Assembly (NCBI GenBank): GCA_963725215.1
Contig: CAVRXQ010000002.1
Coordinates: forward strand, 400,205 to 464,204
DNA: 64,000 nucleotides
DNA from: an uncultured Acidimicrobiaceae bacterium
GTDB lineage: Bacteria > Actinomycetota > Acidimicrobiia > Acidimicrobiales > Bog-793
Reading direction: 5' to 3'
Positions within the stretch are counted from its first letter, which is position 1; the number at the start of each line of letters is the position of its first letter. The translations under genes and the position numbers were made by a program. The notes under the pieces are model-generated. The model saw nothing but the letters and a program-made list of their open reading frames with translations. It ran no database searches and was not told the DNA's origin. Shown here piece by piece: positions 23,977-33,308 of the stretch.

Positions 23977-24122
23977 GGATACGGAGCCTGCCTGTCAGGC
24001 CCCTCGAACTCGTGGCGGCTCTCGTCGACCTGAACTGGGGAGATGTACGAGACCCCTATGACAATGAGGGCCGATTCCCCCACCAACGGGAATACCCGGC
24101 GGATGCGTGTCGTGCCGGGGAT

Positions 24123-24153
24123 CCTCCAGGGGAGGATCACCCTCCCCTGGAGG
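24123..24153 (-). terminator. 13-bp perfect hairpin downstream of ssb
   Basis: CCTCCAGGGGAGG-atcac-CCTCCCCTGGAGG, 9 nt past the ssb stop; no U-tract. Confidence 0.5.
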
Positions 24154-24161
24154 CAGGCTGG

Positions 24162-24563
24162 TCAGGCCGCCGCGTCGGCGGCCTGCCGGACCGACAGGGC
24201 CTTGAAGTGGTCGGCGACCACCTCGACCGTCCGGCGCTTGGAGCCGTCGGCGGCTTCCCAGGTGCGGCTCTGTTGCCGCCCCTCGACGTAGGCGAGGCGG
24301 CCCTTCGCCATGTACTGGCAGGCGAAGTCGGCCATCTGCCGCCAGAGGACCACGTCGTGGAACTCGGGCTGCTCCCGGTCGTTGGTGGCGATCCGGACGG
24401 TCGTGACGTGGATGCCCGGATGCGGTGGTGCGCAGCTCGGGCGTTGCGACGAGCCGTCCGACGAGGATCACTCGGTTGACGGATGTTCCCTTCGAGGAGC
24501 GCTTCGGTCTCCGTGCGTCTCGGTCGTGGACTTCGTGCTGCGGGTGTTGGGCTTGCTGGCCAT
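24162..24563 (-). CDS. ssb: single-stranded DNA-binding protein (two apparent frameshifts)
   Basis: SVNRVILVGRLVATPELRTTASG / EFHDVVLWRQMADFACQYMAKGRLAYVEGR..SRTWE..DG.KR.TVEVVA; GGAGG RBS before ATG 24563. Confidence 0.8.
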
Positions 24564-24963
24564 TGGATGTACCTCCTGTTGTGTGGATCGATGCAGCGGT
24601 GTCATCCAGACCAGGTGCCGAGCGGAATACCCCTCGCCGCAGGCGACACGCCTTGGGGGTTGCAGCGAACAGGCAGCGGTCTGGTAGCCGTGTGCGGTGA
24701 GATCCACGACAACGAAGGAGGGATCAGGCCAGCGAGTCCGCTCCGAAGCACGATCACGACGAGCAAGGGGACAGTGCTCAGGGGAAGCCGACGTCAACGA
24801 TGAACCCTGCCGGTGCGGTCAGGACGCCGAGCTCAGCCACCGAGGTCAAGGTCGGCACGGCGTGCCGGCGGAGCGAAACCTTGACGGAAGGGCACGATCC
24901 CACCCTCGGTGTCGGACCTCCCATCGGGAGGTCCTGGGTGCGAATTGGGAAATCTGGCCAGGA

Positions 24964-25793
24964 CTACGGGATGTCGAAGAGACGGTCGGACGGGAGCCGG
25001 CGGAGCTTGTCACTCACGACGACGCCACCCTGCCAACGGCCAGCTGCGTCTTGGTGGCGGAACTGCAGGGCTAACAAGCGGGCTGCGTACCTGGTGCGAA
25101 CTTCGTCGAAGCGGGAATGGGTGTGATTACCCGGCCACTGCGCGCAGTAGACGCGGGCAGCCATCGGGAAGATCAGCGCCGACGCCAAGGTATCCGCGAG
25201 CTGCAGGCCGGCGTGATTGCCGCTTGATCCGAAGACGGGCGCCTCCAGGATCCGGGGCAGCGGGTCGCCGGCGGAGCGGTGCTTCTGGGTGAAGATCGAG
25301 TGCGACACCTGCGAGTCCTGGTTGTGCATCCGGCTGTCGCAGAGCATGAAACCGGAGCTGCGCTTGGTATCGAGGAAGCGCTGGAAGTGCCTCGCCAAGT
25401 CCTGGATGGCGTAGGTGTAGCTCGGCGCTGGATCGAGGGGCTGCCCGACGGCCTTGATCCAGACTCGGCCGATGATCGCCGTCCGGCTCTGCTCAAGGAT
25501 TTGAACGACTCGGTCGAGGTATCCCTTCGCATGGCGTCGGTCGTTGCGGCTGCCCGACCGGAGCGACGAGCGGAGGTCAGCGCCTTTGACCTCGGCGAGA
25601 ATGTGATCGAGGCGCATGCGTGCATGGCACTTGTGGGGGAAGAATTGCGTTTGGCGTCAAGGAGGTGGTCGGTGGCGGCGCCGATCTGGCTGGTGTCGAC
25701 GATCAGCCCGATGATGACCATGAGCGGGGTCGCGGCCGGGTTGGATGCCGGGGCTTCGAAACCGCCCGACTCGTCGATGAAGCAGATGTGCAC
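24964..25793 (-). CDS. DUF3800 (RNase H-like fold) protein, frameshift near 25640
   Basis: N-terminal FIDESG; EVKG; MLCD; C-terminal GLQLAD.LA; two ORFs 25173..25793 and 24964..25617. Confidence 0.8.
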
Positions 25794-25797
25794 TGGT

Positions 25798-25873
25798 GAT
25801 GGCCCTCAAACACAACTATGACCGCCCGAAGGCGGCCATAGGGTGTGATGTTCGGCCTTTCGGCCTAGCCATC
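25798..25873 (-). ncRNA. putative structured RNA in the 5' leader of the DUF3800 gene
   Basis: minus strand: closing stem GAUGGC/GCCAUC enclosing GGCC-GAAA-GGCC and CUAUGGCCGCC-UUCG-GGCGGUCAUAG; TG-G-TAGAGT extended -10 ends 7 nt upstream. Confidence 0.6.
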
Positions 25874-26174
25874 GCTCATAACTCTACCAGGGAGCACCCC
25901 GTAGGACGATCGCGAGATTGCAACGAGAAGTCCCAGGTGCAGAGGCAGAGGCGCTCCGTGGAGAGGACGAGGTGATGCCGGAAGAGTGCGGTGACGTCGG
26001 TGACCGTATACATCAGGCCACACCGGCTTTGCCCAGGATTTGTGCTCAACGTGGTGTTTCTTGGGGGCGGTCGAATTCTTGGGCAAACAGCGCCTAGCGG
26101 ATCAGCCCTCACTGAGGGCGCACCGTGATCCGTTCAGTGCGGCCACCAGATGCCTGCGGGAGGCGGCGTGAAAT

Positions 26175-27050
26175 TCATGAGGTCCTCCCCGAACTCCTGC
26201 GCGAATTCGTCGATGAAGTCAGCAACGCACTTTTGCATCCGACGAACCCAGGCATCGAAGCTAATCCGAAGGATGGCGTCACAACGTCGCGAGGGAATAT
26301 CTGCACCATCGCGCCTGGGCTTGCTGCGAATACACATGGCGTCGTGTTCTTGACGAGGAAAGTCGCGACTAAGTCGCCGTCTTCGAGCGGCTTCCCAACC
26401 TTGGACTCATCCGGTTTGAGGTCCGTGATTGTGGCATTTCCCTCGATGACTTTGACATCGGGGTGCATGAAGACCGGGAACAGCGCCGTCACCGGCAACC
26501 GACGGTGACGGTCGAGAATCGCAAGTTCTTCGAGGACATAGTGCGCGGCGGTTGTATCAGCCTGCCGGAGTCCTGTCACTGGGTCCTTGTTCCCAGTCTT
26601 GTACGGCTGTACCGCCTCGATCTTGGCTACATCTGCCTTGGTCAGGCCCTTCAACTTGCCCTGTGCGTGGCCCCAGAAGGTTTCGGCGGATCCTGGTTCA
26701 GTCTTGAAGATTGGGAATCCCAGGTTCTTCCAGTTGCGCGGGACCTCAGTTTTTTCGCGCAGACAGGCGACGTGCCAGACCACGTAGTTCCGAGCCGCCC
26801 AAAGATTGCCGACAACCTCCCCAAAGTAGGTGGATGTCAGGCGGAGCAACTCGGGATCAACCCGGTCACGGAAAATGATCTTGCCGTTTCCGTAGGCATC
26901 GCAATCGGGTTCAAATCCGTAGCCGCCACTTTCCATAATTGCCTGGCAAGCGGCGTTCAAAGAGTTCACGTGTTCCCCAGCGCGATTCCAGCGGGTTTTG
27001 GCGTCATCGAGAGAAGGCCGGAACACCGGTCGCGACACTATGCGGCCCAT
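26175..27050 (-). CDS. hypothetical protein, possible HEPN-like helical fold
   Basis: RAGEH, GEVVGNLWAARNY, FPI, VQPY, L..L...DRHR pattern; resembles fragment at 49225. Confidence 0.5.
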   Translation of the reverse strand: MGRIVSRPVFRPSLDDAKTRWNRAGEHVNSLNAACQAIMESGGYGFEPDCDAYGNGKIIFRDRVDPELLRLTSTYFGEVVGNLWAARNYVVWHVACLREKTEVPRNWKNLGFPIFKTEPGSAETFWGHAQGKLKGLTKADVAKIEAVQPYKTGNKDPVTGLRQADTTAAHYVLEELAILDRHRRLPVTALFPVFMHPDVKVIEGNATITDLKPDESKVGKPLEDGDLVATFLVKNTTPCVFAASPGAMVQIFPRDVVTPSFGLASMPGFVGCKSALLTSSTNSRRSSGRTS

Positions 27051-27076
27051 GCGGAGGCGGGTCGCCCGTGTCGCCT

Positions 27077-27245
27077 CTACGCACTTACTGCGAACTCTGG
27101 AACATGCAACCCCATCTCGTGAACACACCAGACGACCACGCACAGGTTGCGGCAGATGACCTTTGCCAGCACCTCATTCACCTGCCCCTTGTGGGACTTG
27201 GACCTCAGCGACCCATCGAACTTCGCCTTGAAAGAGTAGAGAAAC
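27077..27245 (-). pseudogene. C-terminal remnant of a DDE (IS4/IS5-like) transposase
   Basis: FKAKFDGSLRSKS...QVNEVLAKVICRNL...VHEMG. Confidence 0.55.
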
Positions 27246-27337
27246 TCCTCACAACCGGCACGATCAGGGGCGTGATCACCGCTCGTTCGGTGGACGGAGC
27301 ACCCACGGTGCTCCGTCCACCTCGTCGAAAGCAAGAT

Positions 27338-27868
27338 TTAAGCGGCAAAACGTCGACGGCACTCCTCACGGAGTGCGTCCCTGGTCGACGCGTCGACATC
27401 GGACAGGCGGAAGAAGCAGAACATCTGATCATCGATCCTCCACGCGCTTGAGCGGGACAACTCGCCGACCAGCTCCTGGGCAAACCGCGGGCTGAGGAAT
27501 TCGATTGCGGCAGCTGGTACCGGCACATCTCCGTCGCGAACTAAGAGGACGTGCGGAGGCGCGCCCTTCTGTCCTCGAAGATATTCAGGGCTCGTTCTGA
27601 ACACCTTGCTGTAACAGCTCAGATAACACGGGCCGATTCCTTGCGTGCCGCGGCGATGCTTTACGAATGCGACGCGGAACGACTCCCGCTTAGGAGAGAT
27701 TTCAGCACCAGGAAATTCCGCAGCTGCCACCCGCATGGCTTTGTGAAGACGGTCGAGGCTCGCGCGTCCGTTCGTCGCCTTCCACTCTCTCCAGAGCCCC
27801 TCAAGACGCGGGCCGAGAAGATTTGAATCCTGTCTCCAGTTGCTCGGCCGACCATTCAGAGGGGTCAT
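27338..27868 (-). CDS. hypothetical protein divergent from the AICE backbone (possible regulator)
   Basis: 176-aa ORF; function inferred from position only. Confidence 0.35.
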   Translation of the reverse strand: MTPLNGRPSNWRQDSNLLGPRLEGLWREWKATNGRASLDRLHKAMRVAAAEFPGAEISPKRESFRVAFVKHRRGTQGIGPCYLSCYSKVFRTSPEYLRGQKGAPPHVLLVRDGDVPVPAAAIEFLSPRFAQELVGELSRSSAWRIDDQMFCFFRLSDVDASTRDALREECRRRFAA

Positions 27869-28069
27869 GCCAAGTACATCGGCACATTAGAACCTCGCCC
27901 CTGACCAAGTGCTTTCCGGTCGACGACGAGGGCTGGGGACGTCCACCAGCCCGCCGTAATGCCCGAATCACAACTTTGGGCTCAATGGCATAGCGACGCT
28001 CCGCGCTCGCTCGCCTTAATGGCTACGTCGCCAAGGTGGCGGTCACGCAGCAAGGAGGAAACGAACCAT

Positions 28070-28396
28070 ATGCGACTGCCGATTGATGTCACCGCGATCA
28101 CCTTCCTCGCCGCTGGCGAGGCCGAGCAGCTGACCGAGCACGAGAGTGACCGGCCGCGGCTCGACCGAGACGGGCAAACACTGTTCCTTGTCCGACTCGT
28201 CGCCTTGAGCGACGGACAGGCCGAGGTGCTGCCCGTTCGAATAGCCGGGGCAGCGCCGAAGGGGGTGGGCCAGGGCATCGCGGTCCGCTGCGTCGGCCTG
28301 ACAGCCACGCCGTGGTCGATGGGCGAGCGCTCGGGCATCACCTACCGAGCAGATCGGATCGAACCGCTCGCTCCGGCGGCTCGGCAAGCGAGCTGA
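28070..28396 (+). CDS. SCO3933/Pra-like AICE protein
   Basis: AAGGAGG RBS; MRLPID...GL.A.PW..GERSG..YRA.RI; first gene of the FtsK-RepSA module. Confidence 0.7.
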   Translation: MRLPIDVTAITFLAAGEAEQLTEHESDRPRLDRDGQTLFLVRLVALSDGQAEVLPVRIAGAAPKGVGQGIAVRCVGLTATPWSMGERSGITYRADRIEPLAPAARQAS

Positions 28397-28502
28397 GTGG
28401 CCCCGCCGGGATCGCGCCGGTTGCTCCCGACGCGATCCCGACCAGGGCCGAGTCCCTCCCATACGAGTCCGCATTCCTACGCACCGAAGGTGAGGAACAC
28501 CA

Positions 28503-29828
28503 ATGTCTAGCTACTCGGGTGAATCGTACGAACGCAACAACATCCACAAGGAGTCGACCGGGGTCGGGATCGCCACGTGTCAGGTCCTTTGGTCTTACCG
28601 CCTCGAAGTGGGGCTCATCACAATCATCACCGGCTCCTGGTTCGGTCTCTCGCGTCTAATCGGTTCGGTACCCGCCGCGATCGTTGTCGCGGTTGCACTA
28701 TTTCTGCTGCTCCTCATCCATGGCGCACGGTCGTTTCTCATCGAGCGGCTCAGTCGTGCACGCTGGCGGCGGCGAGTCGAACGAGCGCTTGCGCGTCTCG
28801 AACACGATTTCTTCAGCGACCACAGTCCGTCAGTACGAAAGGTCCGGCGCACCGTCATCGGCGTGCAGCTCGTCGTTTGTCTTCGCACGGGCCATGCGGT
28901 CGCGCAGCTGGACAAGGCGGCCGACTACCTCGCGACTGCGCTGCGCGTGCGGGAGGTCCGGGTCGAACAGCGAAAGGATGACGCCAGCACTGTCGACGTC
29001 ACGATCATTGTTCGCGACCCGTTCGGAGGGGTGCCGATCTCCTGTCCGTGGGCCGGGATCGACCAATCGAGTCTGTGGGAACCGTTCGCGATAGGTGAGG
29101 ACGAGGTCGGGCGACCGATCCTGGCCACCTTGGTCGAGCGCAACCTTCTCGTCGGCGGAGAGCCGGGATCCGCGAAATCGAACTTGCTGCAACTGGTTGC
29201 GGCGATCGCCGCTCTCGATCGGCAAGCGAAGCTCTGGCTTCTCGACCCGAAGATTGTCGAGCTCGCTCGCTGGGCTCCGGTTGCCAAGGGGATCGCCGGG
29301 TCGGCGATCGACGAGGCAGTCGCGGTGCTGCAGGAGCTCACCGATGAGATGAGCCAGCGCTATGAGGTGCTTCAGCGTTGTGGTGCTCGCAAAGTCGATG
29401 CGACGCAGGGTCTCGGGCTCCACGTACTGGTTGTGGACGAGTTGATGCTCTACCTGACCGACCCGGACAAAAACGCGGTAGCGGAGTTCACCGCGCTTCT
29501 GCGCCGGCTAGTGGCACTCGGACGAGCTGCGGGGATCAGCGTCGTAATGGCGACTCAGAAGCCGTCGACGGAAGTCATCCCCTCCTCCATTCGGGATCTC
29601 ATGTCATTGCGCGCTGCGTTTCGTTGCACGACGCGCGACGCGTCAGACACGATCCTCGGCACCGGTTGGGCCGCGCGGGGAGTTGCAGCGAGTGACATCG
29701 CCATCAATCAACCAGGCGTTTGCTACATGCTGAGCGAGGGCGCTGAGCCGGTGAAAGTCCGGTGTTACCACCTCGCTGACAACGATCTCGACGCGATCGT
29801 CGGCCGTGCAGTCTTGCTCCGACGATGA
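28503..29828 (+). CDS. FtsK/SpoIIIE-domain (TraB-like) DNA translocase
   Basis: N-terminal TM segments; GGEPGSAKS Walker A, LLDPK, LVVDE Walker B, GRAAGI...ATQKP. Confidence 0.9.
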   Translation: MSSYSGESYERNNIHKESTGVGIATCQVLWSYRLEVGLITIITGSWFGLSRLIGSVPAAIVVAVALFLLLLIHGARSFLIERLSRARWRRRVERALARLEHDFFSDHSPSVRKVRRTVIGVQLVVCLRTGHAVAQLDKAADYLATALRVREVRVEQRKDDASTVDVTIIVRDPFGGVPISCPWAGIDQSSLWEPFAIGEDEVGRPILATLVERNLLVGGEPGSAKSNLLQLVAAIAALDRQAKLWLLDPKIVELARWAPVAKGIAGSAIDEAVAVLQELTDEMSQRYEVLQRCGARKVDATQGLGLHVLVVDELMLYLTDPDKNAVAEFTALLRRLVALGRAAGISVVMATQKPSTEVIPSSIRDLMSLRAAFRCTTRDASDTILGTGWAARGVAASDIAINQPGVCYMLSEGAEPVKVRCYHLADNDLDAIVGRAVLLRR

Positions 29829-31210
29829 CGACGCTCGACGCTCATCTTGTCGAGGCCATCGTGGCCAAGGCGAGCGACGAGGCAGGATACGCGGCCTTTC
29901 GCGCCTCTGGTGAGAAGTGTGGTTGGTGTGCCGAGCCGATCCGATTACGAGGGTCGTCGATGACCGTCGATTCCGGCACAGGCGAGATCATCGAATCATT
30001 CTCGACCGACGCGCTTCACGGGCGGGAAATTCTCAAACCGTGTGGCACGCGGCGAGCGACACGTTGCCCGGCGTGCGCGGCGGTTTACAAAGGGGACGCT
30101 CGGCAGCTCGTCCTTGCCGGTCTAATCGGCGGGAAGGGGGTGCCGAGCGCGGTCGCCGGCCGACCGATGGTCTTCGCCACGCTGACCGCACCGTCATTCG
30201 GTGTCGTCCATCGCTACGTCGCAAGCGGCGGTCCATGTCGGGCCCGTGGCCCGAGACGCTGCGAGCACGGTCGGCGGGTTTCATGCCTATCTCGTCACAC
30301 CGCCCTCGACCCGGCACTCGGAGAGCCGCTCTGCATTGGCTGCTACGACCACGAGGGCACCGTCTTGTTCAACGCTCAGGTGTCCGAGCTGTGGCGGCGG
30401 ACGACGATCTACACAACTCGCAATCTGGCGCGTGTGGTCGGGGTGAGTACGCGTGAACTTCACAGTCGCGTGCGCCTCTCCTACGTAAAAGTCGCCGAGT
30501 TCCAGAGCCGAGGCGTCATTCACCTGCACGTCCTCGCTCGCCTGGACGGCATCGACGATGAAGAGCCCGACGGGCGCTTCAGCGCCGAGACGCTCGGTCT
30601 ATCGCTGCGGATCGCGAAGAAACAGGTTCGCGTTCCCGGCATTCATGGGCGCCAAGCGGTGTGCTGGGGGGAGCAGTTCGACTGTCGAGCTGTCACGTCG
30701 GCGACGCCTGAGGAGAGCGTGAGGATCGCGAACTACCTTGCGAAGTACGCGACAAAAGGAAGCGACGATATAGGCGCCCTTGATCGTCGCCTCCGTTCCA
30801 TCGAGGAACTCGACAATCGAACACTTTCGCCCCACCGACGGGAATTGGTGTCGACCGCATGGCGGCTCGGTTCCGATCCGGCGCTCGCGAAACTTCGGCT
30901 GCGCGACTGGGCACACACGTTAGGACTGCGATCCCACTTTCTCACTAAGGCGCGCAGGTTCTCGACAACCTTCGGAGCGCTCCGTAACACGCGCCGAACG
31001 TACCAGCGAGCACAACACCTGAAACGACAAGGCATCAACATCGCGGAGAGCGATAACTCGTTGATCGAGGTAGGCGAGTGGTCGTACGTCGGACGGGGTT
31101 GGCGTAATCGCGCCGAGCGATTCCTTGCTCATAGCGAAGCCTGTGCCGCGATCGAAGCACGGCGGCTTGCCGCGGACGACGACCTAACTTCAAGGTGCAC
31201 CGCGGCATGA
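29825..31210 (+). CDS. repSA: RepSA-family rolling-circle replication initiator
   Basis: C..PIRL.G, CGTRRATRCPACA, FATLTAPSFG.VH, KVAEFQ.RG.IHLH (HUH), YLAKYATK, WAHTLG. Confidence 0.9.
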   Translation: MTTLDAHLVEAIVAKASDEAGYAAFRASGEKCGWCAEPIRLRGSSMTVDSGTGEIIESFSTDALHGREILKPCGTRRATRCPACAAVYKGDARQLVLAGLIGGKGVPSAVAGRPMVFATLTAPSFGVVHRYVASGGPCRARGPRRCEHGRRVSCLSRHTALDPALGEPLCIGCYDHEGTVLFNAQVSELWRRTTIYTTRNLARVVGVSTRELHSRVRLSYVKVAEFQSRGVIHLHVLARLDGIDDEEPDGRFSAETLGLSLRIAKKQVRVPGIHGRQAVCWGEQFDCRAVTSATPEESVRIANYLAKYATKGSDDIGALDRRLRSIEELDNRTLSPHRRELVSTAWRLGSDPALAKLRLRDWAHTLGLRSHFLTKARRFSTTFGALRNTRRTYQRAQHLKRQGINIAESDNSLIEVGEWSYVGRGWRNRAERFLAHSEACAAIEARRLAADDDLTSRCTAA

Positions 31211-31392
31211 GAGGCGAGTCATCATCCAGTCGCGTGCCGGTGTCGGCCGCGCGCGCCGCGGAACAAAGTGATGCGACGATCGTCGAGTTCGTCGCGCCGA
31301 TCGATTACCTCGTTCCGGCTGGTGCTCTCAGGAAGGTGCTCGGCCTCATCGTCGAGCAGGCGAGCCATCAGAGTGAGCGAGCCGCGAGCTAG
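31207..31392 (+). CDS. small hypothetical protein between repSA and the integrase (possible directionality factor)
   Basis: ATGA overlap with repSA stop; stops 3 nt before the integrase; role inferred from position. Confidence 0.35.
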   Translation: MRGESSSSRVPVSAARAAEQSDATIVEFVAPIDYLVPAGALRKVLGLIVEQASHQSERAAS

Positions 31393-31395
31393 ACC

Positions 31396-33060
31396 GTGGC
31401 CATGCGCTTCGCTTTCTACGGACGAGTCTCGACCGAGGACGCGCAGGACCCCGCAGCCTCCAGGTCCTGGCAGCTCCGCCGGGCGAACGAGCTAATCCGT
31501 CCCACGGGGGGAAGGGTCGTCGCTGAGTACTTCGACATCGGTCAGTCCCGATCGCTCCCCTGGAAGCGCCGGCCTGAAGCGAGCCGACTTCTTCGCGACC
31601 TCGTGGACGCGGACCGCGGGTTTGACGCGGTAGTCATCGGCGAGCCTGCGCGCGCCTTCTACGGCAGTCAGTTTGCTCTGACGTACCCGCTTTTCACGCA
31701 CTATCGCGTCGCGCTCTGGGTGCCCGAAGTGGGCGGCGCCATCGATCCCGGCTCCGAGGCCCATGACCTTGTAATGAACCTTTTCGGCGGACTGTCGAAG
31801 GGCGAGCGCACGCGCATCCAGGTTCGCGTGCGAGCGGCGATGGAAGCGATGGCGGCTGAGGGCGACCGATTCCTCGGCGGTCGGCCGCCGTTTGGCTACC
31901 GGCTCGCCGATGCCGGTCCGCATCCGAACCCGGCAAAGGCGGGTGCCGGTCAGCGTCTTCACCGCCTCGAACCTGACCCCATCACGGCGCCGGTTGTTCG
32001 CGAGATTTTCTTGATGTACGCAAACGGCGACGGGCTACGCCTTATCGCCGACCGCCTTACCAGCGACGGCGTCCTCTCCCCCGCTGCATACGACAGGCCA
32101 CGAAATCGCCACCGAGACCCGCGAGGCTGGTCCCACACGGCGATCCGGGCAATCCTCACCAACCCCATCTATGGCGGCCAGCGCGTCTGGGGCAAACAGC
32201 GCCGCTACGAGGAGCTGCTGGACATCAACGACGTGTCCGCGGGCCACGTCACCCGTATGCGCTGGCGTCCCCGATCCGACTGGATCGAAGCCGCTCACTC
32301 TGGCATCGAAGCGCTGGTCCCGAAAGATGACCTCGTAGCGGTGGCGCAACGTCTCGGCACAAACGCCCGTCGAACGAAGCCCCGAGAATCGCCGCACCCA
32401 TACCTGCTCCGCGGCGTTATCTACTGCGGCCTGTGCGGTCGCCGGATGCAGGGCTCCGCGCGCCGCTCTCGTGCCACGAACGGTCACACCCGCGTTCTCT
32501 ACCGGTGTGAGTTCGGGAGCACGCGTTCCTTGCCACTCGACATGGACCACCCGCCGTCGGTCCATGCCCGAGAAGATGCGATCATTCCGCGCCTCGACGC
32601 CTGGCTCGCCGAGATCGTGACGCCCGAATCTCTCGCGTCCTCGCAGAGTCACCCAATCGAAGTCGCGGCGGGAGATGCCGCGGCGCGGGCGGCGATCGCC
32701 GACTGCGAAGCACGCCTCGAGAGACTCGTCGCGTCGATCGAAAGTGGGATCGACCCCAGACTGATTGCTCCGCGAATCCAAGCGATCGAGAAAGAGCGAG
32801 AGCGACTCGTGGCGAACCTAAGCAACCGCGCGGGTTGGCGACCAGCGACGGCGAAGGACATCGCCGAGTGGTCGGAGACGCTAGGCGGCCTGGTAGCAAT
32901 CCTCGAACGAGCGGAACCGGAGCAACGAGCAGACATCTACGCAGAGCTTGGCATTCGGCTCGACTACTACCCGGCAAAGCCGGTTCAGTCGGTGTCGCCG
33001 CGTGTCGAAGTTGTGGCCGAGCTGTCGCGTGTCGGCCGACGTGTCGGAGGGGGGATTTGA
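31396..33060 (+). CDS. large serine recombinase (integrase)
   Basis: AFYGRVSTED catalytic Ser, GRPPFGY recombinase domain, YLLRG..YCGLCGRRM zinc ribbon, coiled coil. Confidence 0.95.
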   Translation: MAMRFAFYGRVSTEDAQDPAASRSWQLRRANELIRPTGGRVVAEYFDIGQSRSLPWKRRPEASRLLRDLVDADRGFDAVVIGEPARAFYGSQFALTYPLFTHYRVALWVPEVGGAIDPGSEAHDLVMNLFGGLSKGERTRIQVRVRAAMEAMAAEGDRFLGGRPPFGYRLADAGPHPNPAKAGAGQRLHRLEPDPITAPVVREIFLMYANGDGLRLIADRLTSDGVLSPAAYDRPRNRHRDPRGWSHTAIRAILTNPIYGGQRVWGKQRRYEELLDINDVSAGHVTRMRWRPRSDWIEAAHSGIEALVPKDDLVAVAQRLGTNARRTKPRESPHPYLLRGVIYCGLCGRRMQGSARRSRATNGHTRVLYRCEFGSTRSLPLDMDHPPSVHAREDAIIPRLDAWLAEIVTPESLASSQSHPIEVAAGDAAARAAIADCEARLERLVASIESGIDPRLIAPRIQAIEKERERLVANLSNRAGWRPATAKDIAEWSETLGGLVAILERAEPEQRADIYAELGIRLDYYPAKPVQSVSPRVEVVAELSRVGRRVGGGI

Positions 33061-33094
33061 ACCCTCACGCCCTTGCGGGCACCAGCCCGTCAAG
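33041..33094 (-). tRNA. 3' half of tRNA-Leu (att remnant, not an intact tRNA)
   Basis: reverse complement CTTGACGGGCTGGTGCCCGCAAGGGCGTGAGGGTTCAAATCCCCCCTCCGACAC: long variable arm, T loop, acceptor 3' strand; 5' half missing. Confidence 0.8.
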
Positions 33095-33308
33095 TTCGCT
33101 GCGTCCGTCCTTCGAGAGCACTTGTGTCCGCGGAAGCGCCCTGAGCAGGCCACCCGAACGCGACTCTTCCATCGGGAAACCCGGCGTCCACCGGCCACGG
33201 AGACGTTCGTGTGCAATCCAACGCAGCTCCGGCTGCGTAGTGACCTGGGTTTGATCAGCTCACACGTTCGGACTTCACTGGGAGGCTTCCAGCCCGTCGC
33301 ATTCTGTC

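Larger units (their letters stand above)
9877..33058. mobile_element. AICE-like integrative element (~23 kb) with a large serine recombinase and defence cargo
   Basis: flanking 18-bp direct repeats; Pra-like, FtsK, RepSA and serine recombinase module at the right end. Confidence 0.8.

Noticed and set aside
33041-33125. Intact tRNA gene
   Set aside because: No D arm or 5' acceptor strand, and the anticodon stem does not pair
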